NCBI GenBank assembly: GCA_965200315.1 | Contig: OZ241362.1 | Location: forward strand, 5,295,246 to 5,359,245 | DNA from: Candidatus Latescibacterota bacterium | Lineage (GTDB): Bacteria; Latescibacterota; UBA2968; UBA8231 | DNA length: 64,000 bases | Reading direction: 5' to 3' | In this document: positions 1-10,106 of the stretch, piece after piece | How the letters are laid out: each line of letters begins with the position of its first letter | How positions within the stretch are numbered: the stretch's first letter is position 1 | Position numbers and translations under genes: made by a program | Notes under the pieces: generated by a model | The model's input: only the letters and a program-made list of their open reading frames with translations | Databases searched by the model: none | Told to the model about the DNA's origin: nothing

Positions 1-1285
1 GCAGGTCGCAGACCAACTCGATCTTTTGGCCGACCGGCACTTCGGCGATATGGCCTGCGGGTTGTAGGTCGCTGACCGCGGCTACTTCGCCCACCACCCG
101 CTTGGCCAGCAGCGGAGAGTACTCAATCGCCAGCGAATCCAAGCGCATAAAATCCCACAGCGTTTCGGTCTCCAAAGTCAGGCGTAGCTGTAGGTAGCGG
201 CCGCTCGGTACGCGGGGCAGTTGGCCGGAACGGCGCAGCGGCGGCGACCAAAAGCTCCAGTTGTCCGCGTCGTCGATAATGGGGCCGCGCCAGCCTACGG
301 CCGGGGGGTCCCAAGGCCAGATGCGCTGCTTGAGCCGTTCGTATGCGCTTTGCGTTACTTCCACGAGTTGGCCGATGTCGTCGTACCCGTGATAGCCAGT
401 GGGCGTGGGGTCTAGGCCGGTCTTGATTTCTACTTGCGCGGCGGTGGGGGCGTCGGGCGCGGCTGCGAGTTGGTCTCCCTCGCGCCGCCACTTGCTCGCG
501 CCAAAGCGTACGCGCCCGATGTTGACTGTTTGCTCTAGATCGATCACCTGCGATGTCCACACGGCCTGCGGCGGAAAGCCCCGGCCGGACACCTCTAGCT
601 CGGCTAAGGCGAACTTGGTGTAGAACCGGCCATTGTCTGGGAAGAAATGGACGCGCAGAAAGCGCAGGTATTGCAGTGGGAACTCGATATGCACGACGGC
701 CTCGGTGTTTAGATCGACGCTGGCTAGCAGGACGTCCAAAGGCCGGTAGTGGGCACCTTCTTCCTGTGCTATGCCGACGGGGTCGAGGCTGGCGGAGAGT
801 TCGTATTTTTTAAAGGCAAAGTTGGGGCGATAGGGCTCTTGGGTGAGCGCGTCGCGGCCCTCGGGCGGGTAGAAGGCAAAGCGATCCACTGGCGCGGGCA
901 CACCGAGGTCAATGGTGTAGAATTCGTTGGGGTCGTAGTAGTCGTGCGCCGAGAAGAAGGTCGCGAGGTCGCCATCGACAAAGTCGCGTGGCTCGGCGCG
1001 TGGGCGGAGGTAGTTGATGCCGCGCCAGATGCGGAGGTCGCCTAAGCGATACGTGGATTCTCCCGGGGAGCGCCAGCGATACCAAGGGCCTAATTGGGGG
1101 AGCAAGTTCTCGCCGGGTTTGAGCTCGTGCGGCTGGAGTACGGCCGGGTCGGTCGCGTCGTCCATCATCCGCAGTTGCCCGGTCCATGTCGCCCACGGCT
1201 CCGGGCCGCCGAGGCGAAACTCATCTACTGCCCATGACGCCGATAGACCGCTTAGCATGAATGCAAGAGCGAACGCATATCGCAT
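1..1285 (-). CDS. Secreted multidomain protein with discoidin-like modules, similar in type to 4869-7148; runs off the left edge
   Basis: Not in the ORF track (no stop in window). Read by hand from ATG 1285 after a GAGG RBS: MRYAFALAFMLSGLSASWAVDEFRLGG...FYTIDLG...ELEVSGRGFP...WTSQVIDL...WSFWSPP. Has a signal peptide and shares motifs with the 4869-7148 protein. Confidence 0.8.
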   Translation of the reverse strand, partial: MRYAFALAFMLSGLSASWAVDEFRLGGPEPWATWTGQLRMMDDATDPAVLQPHELKPGENLLPQLGPWYRWRSPGESTYRLGDLRIWRGINYLRPRAEPRDFVDGDLATFFSAHDYYDPNEFYTIDLGVPAPVDRFAFYPPEGRDALTQEPYRPNFAFKKYELSASLDPVGIAQEEGAHYRPLDVLLASVDLNTEAVVHIEFPLQYLRFLRVHFFPDNGRFYTKFALAELEVSGRGFPPQAVWTSQVIDLEQTVNIGRVRFGASKWRREGDQLAAAPDAPTAAQVEIKTGLDPTPTGYHGYDDIGQLVEVTQSAYERLKQRIWPWDPPAVGWRGPIIDDADNWSFWSPPLRRSGQLPRVPSGRYLQLRLTLETETLWDFMRLDSLAIEYSPLLAKRVVGEVAAVSDLQPAGHIAEVPVGQKIELVCDL

Positions 1286-1315
1286 GGGAACCTCTTTGGG
1301 AGATTTTTAGGAGCT

Positions 1316-1344
1316 TAGTGGCTAGTGGCCAACACTAACCACTA
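1316..1344. repeat. Heptamer-based inverted repeat (hairpin)
   Basis: tagtggctagtg-gccaa-cactaaccacta, one mismatch; same CCACTAA unit as 26509-26550. Confidence 0.5.
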
Positions 1345-1414
1345 CCAGAACGGAGGTCCGGTGTCAATAGAGTGCGGGAAGAGCGCTATTAGATTTCCAC
1401 GCGAGTGATTGACA

Positions 1415-2671
1415 CTAGCGCTCTGTTGCAGGAGGACGCGCTGGCCGCAGCCCGAAAAAAGCCGCCATGATCAGGCCGCTCGCAACCCGCGACGCGCAGG
1501 CCAGCCCAAAGGCGGCCCCGTAGCCATAGTCGAGGATGAGTATGCCGCCGAGGAGGCTGCCGAGGAAGTTCAGAAGCTGGAAGCCGCAGACGCGCAGGCC
1601 CTGGATCCGCGCCCAGTAGCGCCGGGGCAGCACTTGAGTGGAGAAGTGCTGGTCGGACGGGTTGTCAATGACTTCGCCGATGCGCACGAGCAGGAACATG
1701 GGCACGGCCAACGGCAAGCTGATAAAGGCCCCCATGACCCCGAGGGCACTGCCGCCCATAATGCGAGATGGAAGTATGGTCAGCGTCGGCCCGAAGCGGC
1801 GCACCAGCGTCGGCGCGGCGAAGGTCGCTGGTAGGCCGGCGAGCTGGCTGAGGAAAAAGATCGCGCCGATCGCAGCCGGACCGACCCCCAATTCGGCCTC
1901 GAAGAACACGTTGAAGAACGGATACGTCAGCCCCATGGAGAAGCCGCGCGTACCACTCAAGGCGGTAATAGCGGCAAAGACGCGCCACGGCGAGGCCACT
2001 GGTTCGTCTTCGTCCGGCGACCGGGATGGTGCGGGTGCTCTTTCGCGGCGGGTTTGACCCGATGCGTACAACAGGGGCACGACGGCCGCGAGCGAACACG
2101 CCGCACCGAGGAGCAGCGCGTAGCGGAAGGGCGCAGGGGCCTCGGTGGAAAGCCCGAGAAAGTAGCCCATGATTCCGGGCATGAAGCCGCCGATTAGGCT
2201 CAAGAGCATGCGGACGATTATTTGCAGGGCCGACCAGATGGCGAGAGCTTCGGCGCGCCGCGCTGGGTGGGCGTTGTCCGAGAGGAAGGGCACGTGGTTG
2301 ACCCAGACGAAGGCCATGGCCACGCCGCCGACAAACGAAAACGCCAGCAGTGCGCCCGACGACGTGGCCAAGCACAGGCCCAACTGGGAGATGGCCAGCA
2401 GCAGGCCCGAGGCTATCAAAAAAGGCCGGCGGCCGAGGCGGTCGCTCAGGATGCCGGTGGGCAGTGCCAACAGGCCGGTCGCCAGCGGTGCCATGCCGGC
2501 GACTTGGCCGATAAAGTCCTCTTGGTAGCTCAGGCGTAGGAGATAGAGGTTGTACAGCAGGGAAAAGAGCGCCATGCCGGCGTTGATCGAGGTGCCAAAA
2601 GCGAAAAACAACCGAACATTGCGGTTGAATTCCCGCAGCCGAAAGCGGCTTAGGGCGTGGCCGACGGGCAT
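1415..2671 (-). CDS. MFS transporter
   Basis: 418 aa, about 12 hydrophobic segments, motif A GILSDRLGRR. Confidence 0.9.
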   Translation of the reverse strand: MPVGHALSRFRLREFNRNVRLFFAFGTSINAGMALFSLLYNLYLLRLSYQEDFIGQVAGMAPLATGLLALPTGILSDRLGRRPFLIASGLLLAISQLGLCLATSSGALLAFSFVGGVAMAFVWVNHVPFLSDNAHPARRAEALAIWSALQIIVRMLLSLIGGFMPGIMGYFLGLSTEAPAPFRYALLLGAACSLAAVVPLLYASGQTRRERAPAPSRSPDEDEPVASPWRVFAAITALSGTRGFSMGLTYPFFNVFFEAELGVGPAAIGAIFFLSQLAGLPATFAAPTLVRRFGPTLTILPSRIMGGSALGVMGAFISLPLAVPMFLLVRIGEVIDNPSDQHFSTQVLPRRYWARIQGLRVCGFQLLNFLGSLLGGILILDYGYGAAFGLACASRVASGLIMAAFFGLRPARPPATER

Positions 2672-3678
2672 CCGGCGTGGCGTCTTGCAAAGACCTCGAC
2701 AGCCTTTTGCACGACGAGCTTTGCGGTGTGGACCCGCTCGGCAAAGGGCCGTTCCATGCCGGTCTCAATGGTGAAGGCCAAGCCGTAGGTGTGCGCGGCA
2801 AAGTCGGCGAGGTTGAGGCCCTCGCCGCGCTGCTGGGGGTTGAGCCAGAAGACGCTGCGCGGCCCCTTGGTAAAAAAAGATCCGGGCAAATACTCGCTTG
2901 GGGCGAGGGCCACGCCAGAGGCCGCGACCGCAGCGATCATCTCGCTGGCGAGGGCCTCCTCCCACTGTTGGTCGCTGGGAGTGCGCTGGTGCCGCGCTGA
3001 AAACCAGAAGAAGTCGCCCCCGTGCTCGTGGAGGTCCAGCGTCAAGCCGGGCTGGATGGCGGCCATCAGGTCGCGGGTGCAGCGCGGCTCGACGGGCCCC
3101 CAAGGGGTGTCGTGGAAGCGGTTGAGATGGAGGACTTCGCCAGCCGGGTCAATTACTAGGGTGTAGGCGCGCTCGACGCCGGGGTTGTTGGCGGGGAAAT
3201 AGAGCCGACGGCCCTTGAGTACTTCGACCCAGTCCCCGACTGGATGGTTGTACAGGTTGCTCGTCGCGTAGCCGTACTCGCCGATGAGGGCGACCACAAT
3301 GTCGCCTTCTTCATAGAGGACTTCGCCGCGCTTTTTGAGCAAGGGCGCGACGTCGTCGAGGCCGCCGAGGGTTGGGGCTTCGTCTAGGCTCAGGCCGAGG
3401 GCGTAGGCGAGGCCGTTCATGCCGATGGGGTCGCGGCTGGGGATGGTGTAGAGCTGGTGCTCGGTGTCGATTTCGTCGATGAGGGCGTAGGCCGCGCTGA
3501 CGCCAGCTTGTTCGGTGGCGTGGCTACCGGCACTGATGAAAATGGCCGGTGTTTTGTCGCCGCCGCTTTTGACCGCGACAATGGGTTGTCCGTCGGGTGC
3601 GCGGCCAAGGATTTGCAAAGTGTGGCCGTTGTCCTGAATGCAGGTGAGCAGGTCGGCGTAGCTATCGAATGGCTGCAT
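2650..3678 (-). CDS. M14-like zinc carboxypeptidase / succinylglutamate desuccinylase family
   Basis: HxxE (GSHATE), DLHEH, TIETG; start taken at MQPFDSY. Confidence 0.7.
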   Translation of the reverse strand: MQPFDSYADLLTCIQDNGHTLQILGRAPDGQPIVAVKSGGDKTPAIFISAGSHATEQAGVSAAYALIDEIDTEHQLYTIPSRDPIGMNGLAYALGLSLDEAPTLGGLDDVAPLLKKRGEVLYEEGDIVVALIGEYGYATSNLYNHPVGDWVEVLKGRRLYFPANNPGVERAYTLVIDPAGEVLHLNRFHDTPWGPVEPRCTRDLMAAIQPGLTLDLHEHGGDFFWFSARHQRTPSDQQWEEALASEMIAAVAASGVALAPSEYLPGSFFTKGPRSVFWLNPQQRGEGLNLADFAAHTYGLAFTIETGMERPFAERVHTAKLVVQKAVEVFARRHAGCPSATP

Positions 3679-3683
3679 GGCGT

Positions 3684-4691
3684 TTAGGCACATAAGGGAT
3701 GCGCTATTTGCTCGCGACGGAAGGGGACGTCGATCTGCCCGTCTTGGTTGAGAGTGGCCATTCTGGCTCGCGCTTCTAGCCACAGCCGGTGCCACTCGGC
3801 CGGATCGCGCAACTCACTGCTCGGATCGCGGCGGCTGCGCGCGACAAACCCGGGGAAGGCGATGCGCCCGGTGGGCTGGTCGGTGGGATTGTAGCGCAGG
3901 TCAAAGCTCCAGCGGACCTCGTTGCTGACGTTGGGATAGGAGCCGTGGACGGTCTGCTTGTGGACGAAGATGACATCGCCGCGCTCGACCGGCAGGGGAA
4001 TGGCCTGATCGGCGGCGAAGAGTTTTTCCGGGACTTGCGCGGCTCCGGCAAACTGGGGCGCGTTGTCCATGTAGTTGGGGCAGTGCGGCAAAAGGCCGCT
4101 TTTGTGCGAGCCGGGCACGACCATCAGCGGCCCCTTCTCGATGGGGGTGGCTTGCAGCGAGAACCACACCGTCAGCATCTGCGTGTCGTCCGCCTCCTCG
4201 GTTACGACGCCGTGGTCTTGGTGCCACTGGGTCGCGCCGAGGATGGGGTTGCCGTATTGGTTTTTGGGCAGGTAGCACTCGGGTGGTTTTATGCGCACGT
4301 GCTGGACGGGATTGGAATAGATTTCCGGGCCAATCAGCGACTCGACGACGTCGAGCAGGTTCGGGTCCGTGAAGGCGCGGAAGACGGCCGGCCCGGCCCA
4401 AAAAGGCGTGTCGGGTTGGACGTTTTGAAAGGGCAGCGAGAAGTCGAAGTACTGGCTGTGGACGCGGCCGGTTTCAACGCAAATCTGGATGTAGCGGTCG
4501 CCAAACTCGAGCGCTTCGTAGCGCGAGGTGATTTCGCCTTGCGCGTAGAGCTGATCGGCCAAGCTGTCGAGGACGGTGGCGTATTCGTCGATGACCGGAT
4601 CGAGCGCGGTGACCGGATCGAGCACGCCTTGGACGACGACATAGCCTTCGCTAGCAAAGTGGTCGAGTTGGCGGGGGGTGAGCGCGGGCAT
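3684..4691 (-). CDS. Phytanoyl-CoA dioxygenase (PhyH) family 2OG-Fe(II) oxygenase
   Basis: WHQD...VVPGSH...HGS..N...R; start MPALTPRQ after AGGA RBS. Confidence 0.9.
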   Translation of the reverse strand: MPALTPRQLDHFASEGYVVVQGVLDPVTALDPVIDEYATVLDSLADQLYAQGEITSRYEALEFGDRYIQICVETGRVHSQYFDFSLPFQNVQPDTPFWAGPAVFRAFTDPNLLDVVESLIGPEIYSNPVQHVRIKPPECYLPKNQYGNPILGATQWHQDHGVVTEEADDTQMLTVWFSLQATPIEKGPLMVVPGSHKSGLLPHCPNYMDNAPQFAGAAQVPEKLFAADQAIPLPVERGDVIFVHKQTVHGSYPNVSNEVRWSFDLRYNPTDQPTGRIAFPGFVARSRRDPSSELRDPAEWHRLWLEARARMATLNQDGQIDVPFRREQIAHPLCA

Positions 4692-4868
4692 GGTTTTCCT
4701 CCGATGGGTGCGCTGTTGGTGGGCGACGCGTGTGTTTCTACAATAACAAGGGCAATACTTAAGAGGCAAGCGCGGATTGGAGGAAGAAGTGCGATTCAAT
4801 ATACTATGATTCCGCGTCACTTGCGGTGGGTAACGCCAGCCGCGGCGACCGATGTCATAGAGGACACC

Positions 4869-7148
4869 ATGGCTTGCAAAGTATTTCTCCACGCCGCTAT
4901 GCTCTGGCTAGCCGGTTCGCTAACCGCCGAACAACTCCGCTTTGACGCCGTTGATGAGTGGCAGACGTGGCGCTTGCCGCTGGGGATTGTTGCACTCGAC
5001 GACGCTGGAGTCATCCGCCCGGTCAAAATTCGCAAAAACCCCGATCCCGTACGCGATGCCGCGGCCTTTGGCGGTGGGATTTACGCGGCTGGCTCCAATG
5101 CCCCAACTGCGGCGCGAGCCATTGACGGGGATCAGCTGACCGGCTGGAGTCCCAACTTGACCGACGACTTAGACGATTGGTGGATCGAGATCGACTTGGG
5201 GCGAGCCGTGGCAGCGCGCAAAGTAGCGCTGACCTTTTTGGAGAGTGCGCCGCCGTGCGCACTGTTCGACGTGTTGCTTTCCACTGGGGAGCCAGCCATC
5301 GACGTGGTCGGCAATCCCATTGCAGGCAGCCTCGTGTACCGAGTGAAGGAACGCTTCAAGGAAAACCAGCGGCAGCAGGTTGCGCTGGAACTGGACCCGG
5401 TGCGCGATCCGTTTGTGCAATTTATCCGCGTCGAAATGCTCGACTGTGGAGCCGGGGCCGCGCTGGCCGAAGTAGAGGTCGAAGCCATCGGCGACAACCT
5501 CTCCTTGGATCTGGCCGCCAAAGGCGGAGACTTGGAAATCATCGTCGATATCGACGGCTTTGGCGATGCTGCGTCGTTTGCCAACTCGCTGCCGCTGGCC
5601 GACGGCCGGTTTTCTCTGTGGACGGAAAACCGCCGCATCAACCGCCCGGTGGATGTGATTTCGCGCATGACCTTGGACTTGGGCGCGGTTTATTGGGTGG
5701 ATTTGGTGCGCATCGTGGGGAATTTTTTGTCGCGGCCAGGGCAATTCCGCTTCAACTTCGACCGCTACGAGGTGTTGACTGCGGATGGTTCGCTGGCGCC
5801 GGATGGTACGCGCATCTGGCATCGGCAATTCACCGGCCAGGCCACCCGGTCCAACCGCCAACTCGGGATTGCCAATCACCACTTTGCGCCGATCAAGACG
5901 CGCTACGTGCGGATCGAATGGGTGTTTTGGGACGCGGCCTGCGCCGCCGCTTGCACAGGCTGCGGCATTGTGCCGCCCTGTCAGTTTTGGGGTGGCACGC
6001 GCGAGTTACAGGTTTTTGGCGAGGGCTATCCGCAGCGGGTGCTGCTGGCCTCGCCTCTGATCGACCTCGGCGGCGATAAGCAGGTACACGCGATTCGCTG
6101 GCGAGCTGACGCGCCCGCTGGGACGCGGGTGGAGGTGCGCAGCCGCACGGGCAATGACCTGCAAATGGACATCACCTATCACGACAAAAACGGCCGGGTT
6201 GTCACCGAGCGGAAGTACAACAAGCTCATTCCGTCCTTTAAGGGCCGGATCGACACCGCGCTGTCGCCGGGGGCCAATTGGAGCCCGTGGAGCAAGCTGT
6301 ACTTGCAGCCGGGCGAGCCGTTTGCGTCGCCTTCGCCGCGGCAATACGCCGAGTTGGATGTCGCCTTGGTATCCGAGCGGCCGGATGTGGGGGCGGCCTT
6401 AGGTTGGCTGGAGATCGAGTTCGGCGACCCAGTGGCGCAAGGAGTGGTGGGGGAGATTTTCCCAGTCGAAGTGCAGCCTGGGGAGCGGACCGAGTTTGCC
6501 TATTACATTCGTCCTCAGCAGGTGGCAGGTCGCGGCTTTGCTCACTTGGAGGTGGAGAGTTCCGCGCCGATTGAGTTTGTCGAGGTGTTGGTGGAGGGCG
6601 AGGGGGTGGAGACGACGTCCACGCCGACGGAAGGGGGGGTGGCCATTGCCTTGGCCGCGCCGGTCAAGAGCCGCCAGCTAGTGGAATTGCGCTTTGCCGC
6701 AACCGTGTTTGTCGATGCCACGCGCTTTGATGCCTTTATCGCCCAAGGCCCGGCCGACGCGCTGCTGCGGCAGCGGGTGGATGTGGGCGACGCGTACTCA
6801 GAAGTTGTCAGCAGCACCAATGCCGTGCGCTTGCCCGTGGGAGCGCGGCTGTTGGCCAACGTGGCCATGGGGCCGCTGGCGTTGACGCCCAACGGCGACG
6901 GAGTCAACGACGCGCTGCGGGTGGAATTCGACTTGGTCAATGTCTTGGCCGCGCGGCGGATCGGCCTGCGGATTTTCGACTTGGCGGGGCGGTTGGTGTG
7001 GGTGCGGGAAGAGGAGGGCCGGGCTGGTGGTCGGGCTTGGGTATGGGATGGCCGGGGGGTCGCGCCCGGGCTGTACATGGCGGAATTGCGCGTCGAGGGC
7101 GATGAGAGAAGCTACAGCAAGCGGCGCGTGGTCGCCGTCGTTTATTAG
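4869..7148 (+). CDS. Secreted protein with discoidin-like domains and C-terminal FlgD-Ig-like domain
   Basis: Signal peptide MACKVFLHAAMLWLAGSLTA; WWIEIDLG; TPNGDGVND...IFDLAGRLV...WDG...PGLY. The longer 3789 start is a shadow of the opposite-strand PhyH gene. Confidence 0.8.
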   Translation: MACKVFLHAAMLWLAGSLTAEQLRFDAVDEWQTWRLPLGIVALDDAGVIRPVKIRKNPDPVRDAAAFGGGIYAAGSNAPTAARAIDGDQLTGWSPNLTDDLDDWWIEIDLGRAVAARKVALTFLESAPPCALFDVLLSTGEPAIDVVGNPIAGSLVYRVKERFKENQRQQVALELDPVRDPFVQFIRVEMLDCGAGAALAEVEVEAIGDNLSLDLAAKGGDLEIIVDIDGFGDAASFANSLPLADGRFSLWTENRRINRPVDVISRMTLDLGAVYWVDLVRIVGNFLSRPGQFRFNFDRYEVLTADGSLAPDGTRIWHRQFTGQATRSNRQLGIANHHFAPIKTRYVRIEWVFWDAACAAACTGCGIVPPCQFWGGTRELQVFGEGYPQRVLLASPLIDLGGDKQVHAIRWRADAPAGTRVEVRSRTGNDLQMDITYHDKNGRVVTERKYNKLIPSFKGRIDTALSPGANWSPWSKLYLQPGEPFASPSPRQYAELDVALVSERPDVGAALGWLEIEFGDPVAQGVVGEIFPVEVQPGERTEFAYYIRPQQVAGRGFAHLEVESSAPIEFVEVLVEGEGVETTSTPTEGGVAIALAAPVKSRQLVELRFAATVFVDATRFDAFIAQGPADALLRQRVDVGDAYSEVVSSTNAVRLPVGARLLANVAMGPLALTPNGDGVNDALRVEFDLVNVLAARRIGLRIFDLAGRLVWVREEEGRAGGRAWVWDGRGVAPGLYMAELRVEGDERSYSKRRVVAVVY

Positions 7149-7193
7149 ATTACCAATCGCGCTCACTTTGAATATTTTAGAAAAGGAGGAACC

Positions 7194-7856
7194 ATGAGAC
7201 TGATCCTCGTAGGTTGCGAATACGCCGGTAAGACGACCTTGGCCAACGCCATCGTCGGTTGGCTCGAGCGCACCTTTGGCTCGTCGCGCACCTTTCACGA
7301 CCACTTCAGCCTGCCGTGCAACGAGTTCCCCGTAGAGGAGCAGGAGCAACTGCTGGCCCTCAGCCCGCGACTGAAGGAGATGTTCCAGCGCTACATGATG
7401 AACTACCACTTCCACGCCGCCTTCTACAGCGACCCGGACCACAACTTGGTGGGCTTCCACCTTGAAGAGGCCGTGTACGCGCCCTTGTACTACGGCTACG
7501 GGGGCCGCGGCGAGTACGCCGACCGCGCCGCCTTGGCGCGTACCTTCGACGAAGAGATCATGCAGTACGCGCCCGACACGGTGCTCGTGCTGCTGAGTGC
7601 GCGGCCCGAAGTCATTGCCCAGCGCATGCGCGAGCAGCCTCACGAGCGGCCGGTGGTGCAGGAAGAGGACATCGAGCACGTGTTGCAGCGCTTTGAGGAG
7701 GAATACCGCGACTCGCTCATCCGCAAGAAATTCGCCCTCGACACGTCCGACGCCACGGTAGAGCAGACCTTGGCTGAGTTCGCAGGAGAAATCAAAAAGC
7801 ACCTGAGCGAAGCCGACCGCTTGCGCCTGTTGGCCCACCAGAACTGGCCGAGTTAG
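7194..7856 (+). CDS. P-loop nucleotide kinase-like protein (thymidylate kinase fold)
   Basis: N-terminal GCEYAGKTT, lid-like PEVIAQRMR, C-terminal LDTS; AGGAGG RBS. Confidence 0.7.
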   Translation: MRLILVGCEYAGKTTLANAIVGWLERTFGSSRTFHDHFSLPCNEFPVEEQEQLLALSPRLKEMFQRYMMNYHFHAAFYSDPDHNLVGFHLEEAVYAPLYYGYGGRGEYADRAALARTFDEEIMQYAPDTVLVLLSARPEVIAQRMREQPHERPVVQEEDIEHVLQRFEEEYRDSLIRKKFALDTSDATVEQTLAEFAGEIKKHLSEADRLRLLAHQNWPS

Positions 7857-7859
7857 ACC

Positions 7860-9332
7860 ATGCCGCAGCCCTTTCTCGATTGGTATGGCGTATGGGCTGG
7901 CCAAGCTGGCATTGCAGGCGGCCAAGCTTGGGTGCAAGACCCGCCGGTGGGCGTCCGCTTAGCCGTGCAGGAGGCGCGCAAATCCCCGGTCTTCATCGCG
8001 CCGGAGCACCCTTGGGAAATGGGTGGCCTGACGCCGCAAGCGGTGCTTTGCGATGATGGTGTGCTGAAGATGTGGTACATCGCCCGCGGCGCTGGGGACG
8101 ACCAACCTCCCTTCATTGCGTATGCCGAGAGCGCGGACGGCTTTTGTTGGGAAAGACCGGCCTTGTATTTGCAAGAGTACGACGGCAGCACGGCCAACAA
8201 CCTGCTCTTCCGCTTCGGCGACTTTGGGCTGCAATCCGTGTTTGTGGATCCCGTGGCTCCGCCGGAGGCTCGTTACAAGGCCATGGCGCGCGATTCTATC
8301 ACCTATCACGAAGGTGTGCCGGTGCCCGCCATGACGCGGGAGCGCAAGTGGGCCATTCGCCGCGCTATGGCAGAGGCCGGCTACACGCCAGAGCAGCGGG
8401 CCGCCGCGCTGTATTTCGTCGGTTTGCTCAAAGGTGCGGTGTCGCCCGACGGCAAGCAGTGGGCCTTCTTGGAGGAGCCGCTTTTGAACGTGGGCCGCAC
8501 GGGGCTCGACAGCCACAACATCGCCGCGTACGACGCCGAAGCGGGTCAATACGTGGCCTATTTGCGCGGCCATCAGCATCGCCGCCGCATCGTGCGCCGC
8601 ACCGAGGGTGCGGAGTTCGGGAACTGGTCCCCGCCGCGCCCGGTATTCGCTACGGATCCGCAAGACCCCATAGACGACGACGTGTACGCGGCGGGTTATT
8701 GCCGCTATCCCCACGGCGGTTTTCACCTGATGTTCCCAGCCATGTACCACCGCTGGACAGCCACGGTAGATGTGCAATTGGCGACTAGCCGCGACGGCTT
8801 GCTGTGGAGCCGACCCGAGCGCAAGCCCATCATCTCCCCCGAGCCGGAAGGGTACGGCATGATGTTTGCCTTCCCGGAATTGGTCTCACTCGACTCGGAG
8901 ACGTGGGGCGCGATGTTCTTTGGGCAGTACGACTTGCACGACTGGGGAGAGCGGTATGATCCAGGCCGCCTTGGGGAATGGCGTTGGGCTACTTGGCAGC
9001 AGGATCGGCTGGTGGCTCTCGAAGCGCCGGTGGAGGGGCGCGTAACACTAGTTGAACGCGCGTGCGTCGGCCGCGAGCTGATGCTCAATTTTCAGACGCA
9101 AAAAGAAGGCGGCTGGATCAAGGCCGAGCTGGTCGAGCCGCCCTCTTCGCCGGCCGCGCCGGTGCGGGCCATAGCGGGCTTTGGGTTAGCGGAGGCGGAT
9201 GTGCTGGCCGGCGACGAGTTGGCTGGGGTGGCGACGTGGCGGGGCAGCAGCGATTTGTCGGCCTTGCGCGGTAGGCAGGTGGCCGTGCGCCTGCATCTGG
9301 CGCGGGCGAAGGTGTTTGCGGTGGGGATGTGA
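7860..9332 (+). CDS. Five-bladed beta-propeller glycoside hydrolase-like protein (GH32/43-like)
   Basis: Asp-box-like YAESADGFCW, SPDGKQW, TSRDGLLW; homologous in type to 36226-37677. Confidence 0.65.
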   Translation: MPQPFLDWYGVWAGQAGIAGGQAWVQDPPVGVRLAVQEARKSPVFIAPEHPWEMGGLTPQAVLCDDGVLKMWYIARGAGDDQPPFIAYAESADGFCWERPALYLQEYDGSTANNLLFRFGDFGLQSVFVDPVAPPEARYKAMARDSITYHEGVPVPAMTRERKWAIRRAMAEAGYTPEQRAAALYFVGLLKGAVSPDGKQWAFLEEPLLNVGRTGLDSHNIAAYDAEAGQYVAYLRGHQHRRRIVRRTEGAEFGNWSPPRPVFATDPQDPIDDDVYAAGYCRYPHGGFHLMFPAMYHRWTATVDVQLATSRDGLLWSRPERKPIISPEPEGYGMMFAFPELVSLDSETWGAMFFGQYDLHDWGERYDPGRLGEWRWATWQQDRLVALEAPVEGRVTLVERACVGRELMLNFQTQKEGGWIKAELVEPPSSPAAPVRAIAGFGLAEADVLAGDELAGVATWRGSSDLSALRGRQVAVRLHLARAKVFAVGM

Positions 9333-9384
9333 GGGGATGGACGCCAATCCGACCTCGGGCGAGAGATTTGCGCCTTTGCCATTT

Positions 9385-9407
9385 TTGTATATCCTTATTG
9401 TATATCC
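9385..9407 (+). promoter_or_regulatory. Putative VapBC operator pair in AT-rich promoter
   Basis: Two copies of ttgtatatcc (9385-9394, 9398-9407) just upstream of vapB. Confidence 0.55.
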
Positions 9408-9432
9408 AATTAAATTAAAGCGAGGTCATAGT

Positions 9433-9669
9433 ATGGCGACGGCCCACACGAAAGTTTTTATGAGCAACAAGAGCCAAGCGGTGCGGCTGCCTAAGGCCGT
9501 TGAACTGCCGGAATCAGTGCGCGAGGTCGATATCGTCGCGATAGGGTCAAAGCGCGTTATCACACCTGCTGGCGAGAGTTGGGATGAGTGGTTCAACGGC
9601 CCCGGTGTTTCAGATGATTTCATGTCGGTAAGGGAACAGCCGGCCGATGCACGGCGGGAAAAACTGTGA
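9433..9669 (+). CDS. vapB: VapB antitoxin (AbrB/MazE fold)
   Basis: TKVFMSNKSQAVRLPKAV...SWDEWF; GAGG RBS before ATG 9433. Confidence 0.92.
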   Translation: MATAHTKVFMSNKSQAVRLPKAVELPESVREVDIVAIGSKRVITPAGESWDEWFNGPGVSDDFMSVREQPADARREKL

Positions 9670-10070
9670 TGCTCAGGTATCTGTTAGATACCAATGTGGT
9701 AATTTATGCCATCAAGAACCGCCCCCAATCGCTGCGGCAAAAATTCAATCGGTCGCAAGGTCAGATGGCGATTTCTTCCGTAACTTGGGGCGAACTTGTC
9801 TATGGCGTTGAACGCTCCGCCCAGCCCGAGCGCAATTTGGCGGATATTGAATCGCTGGGCACTAGGCTTGAGATCATGCCGTTTGACCAAGTTGCAGCCA
9901 GCCATTTTGGTCGAATCCGTGCAGAACTGTATCGCATTGGTGCTCCGATTGGCCCCTATGATATGATGATCGCGGGTCAGGCGCGTGCGTCCGGGCTGGT
10001 TTTGGTGAGCAATAATGTAAAAGAGTTTGAAAAAGTTCCGGGGCTCATGCTGGAAAACTGGGTTCACTGA
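9669..10070 (+). CDS. vapC: VapC PIN-domain ribonuclease toxin
   Basis: YLLDTN, E(LVYG), IGPYDMMIAGQA, NNVKEF; overlaps the vapB stop. Confidence 0.95.
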   Translation: MLRYLLDTNVVIYAIKNRPQSLRQKFNRSQGQMAISSVTWGELVYGVERSAQPERNLADIESLGTRLEIMPFDQVAASHFGRIRAELYRIGAPIGPYDMMIAGQARASGLVLVSNNVKEFEKVPGLMLENWVH

Positions 10071-10106
10071 TTCGTCCAGCAAATCACCGCTTGCTATGGG
10101 ATAAGT

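Noticed and set aside
3789-4868. N-terminal 360 aa of the 1119-aa ORF
   Set aside because: Antisense shadow of the PhyH gene; the signal peptide and RBS place the start at 4869.
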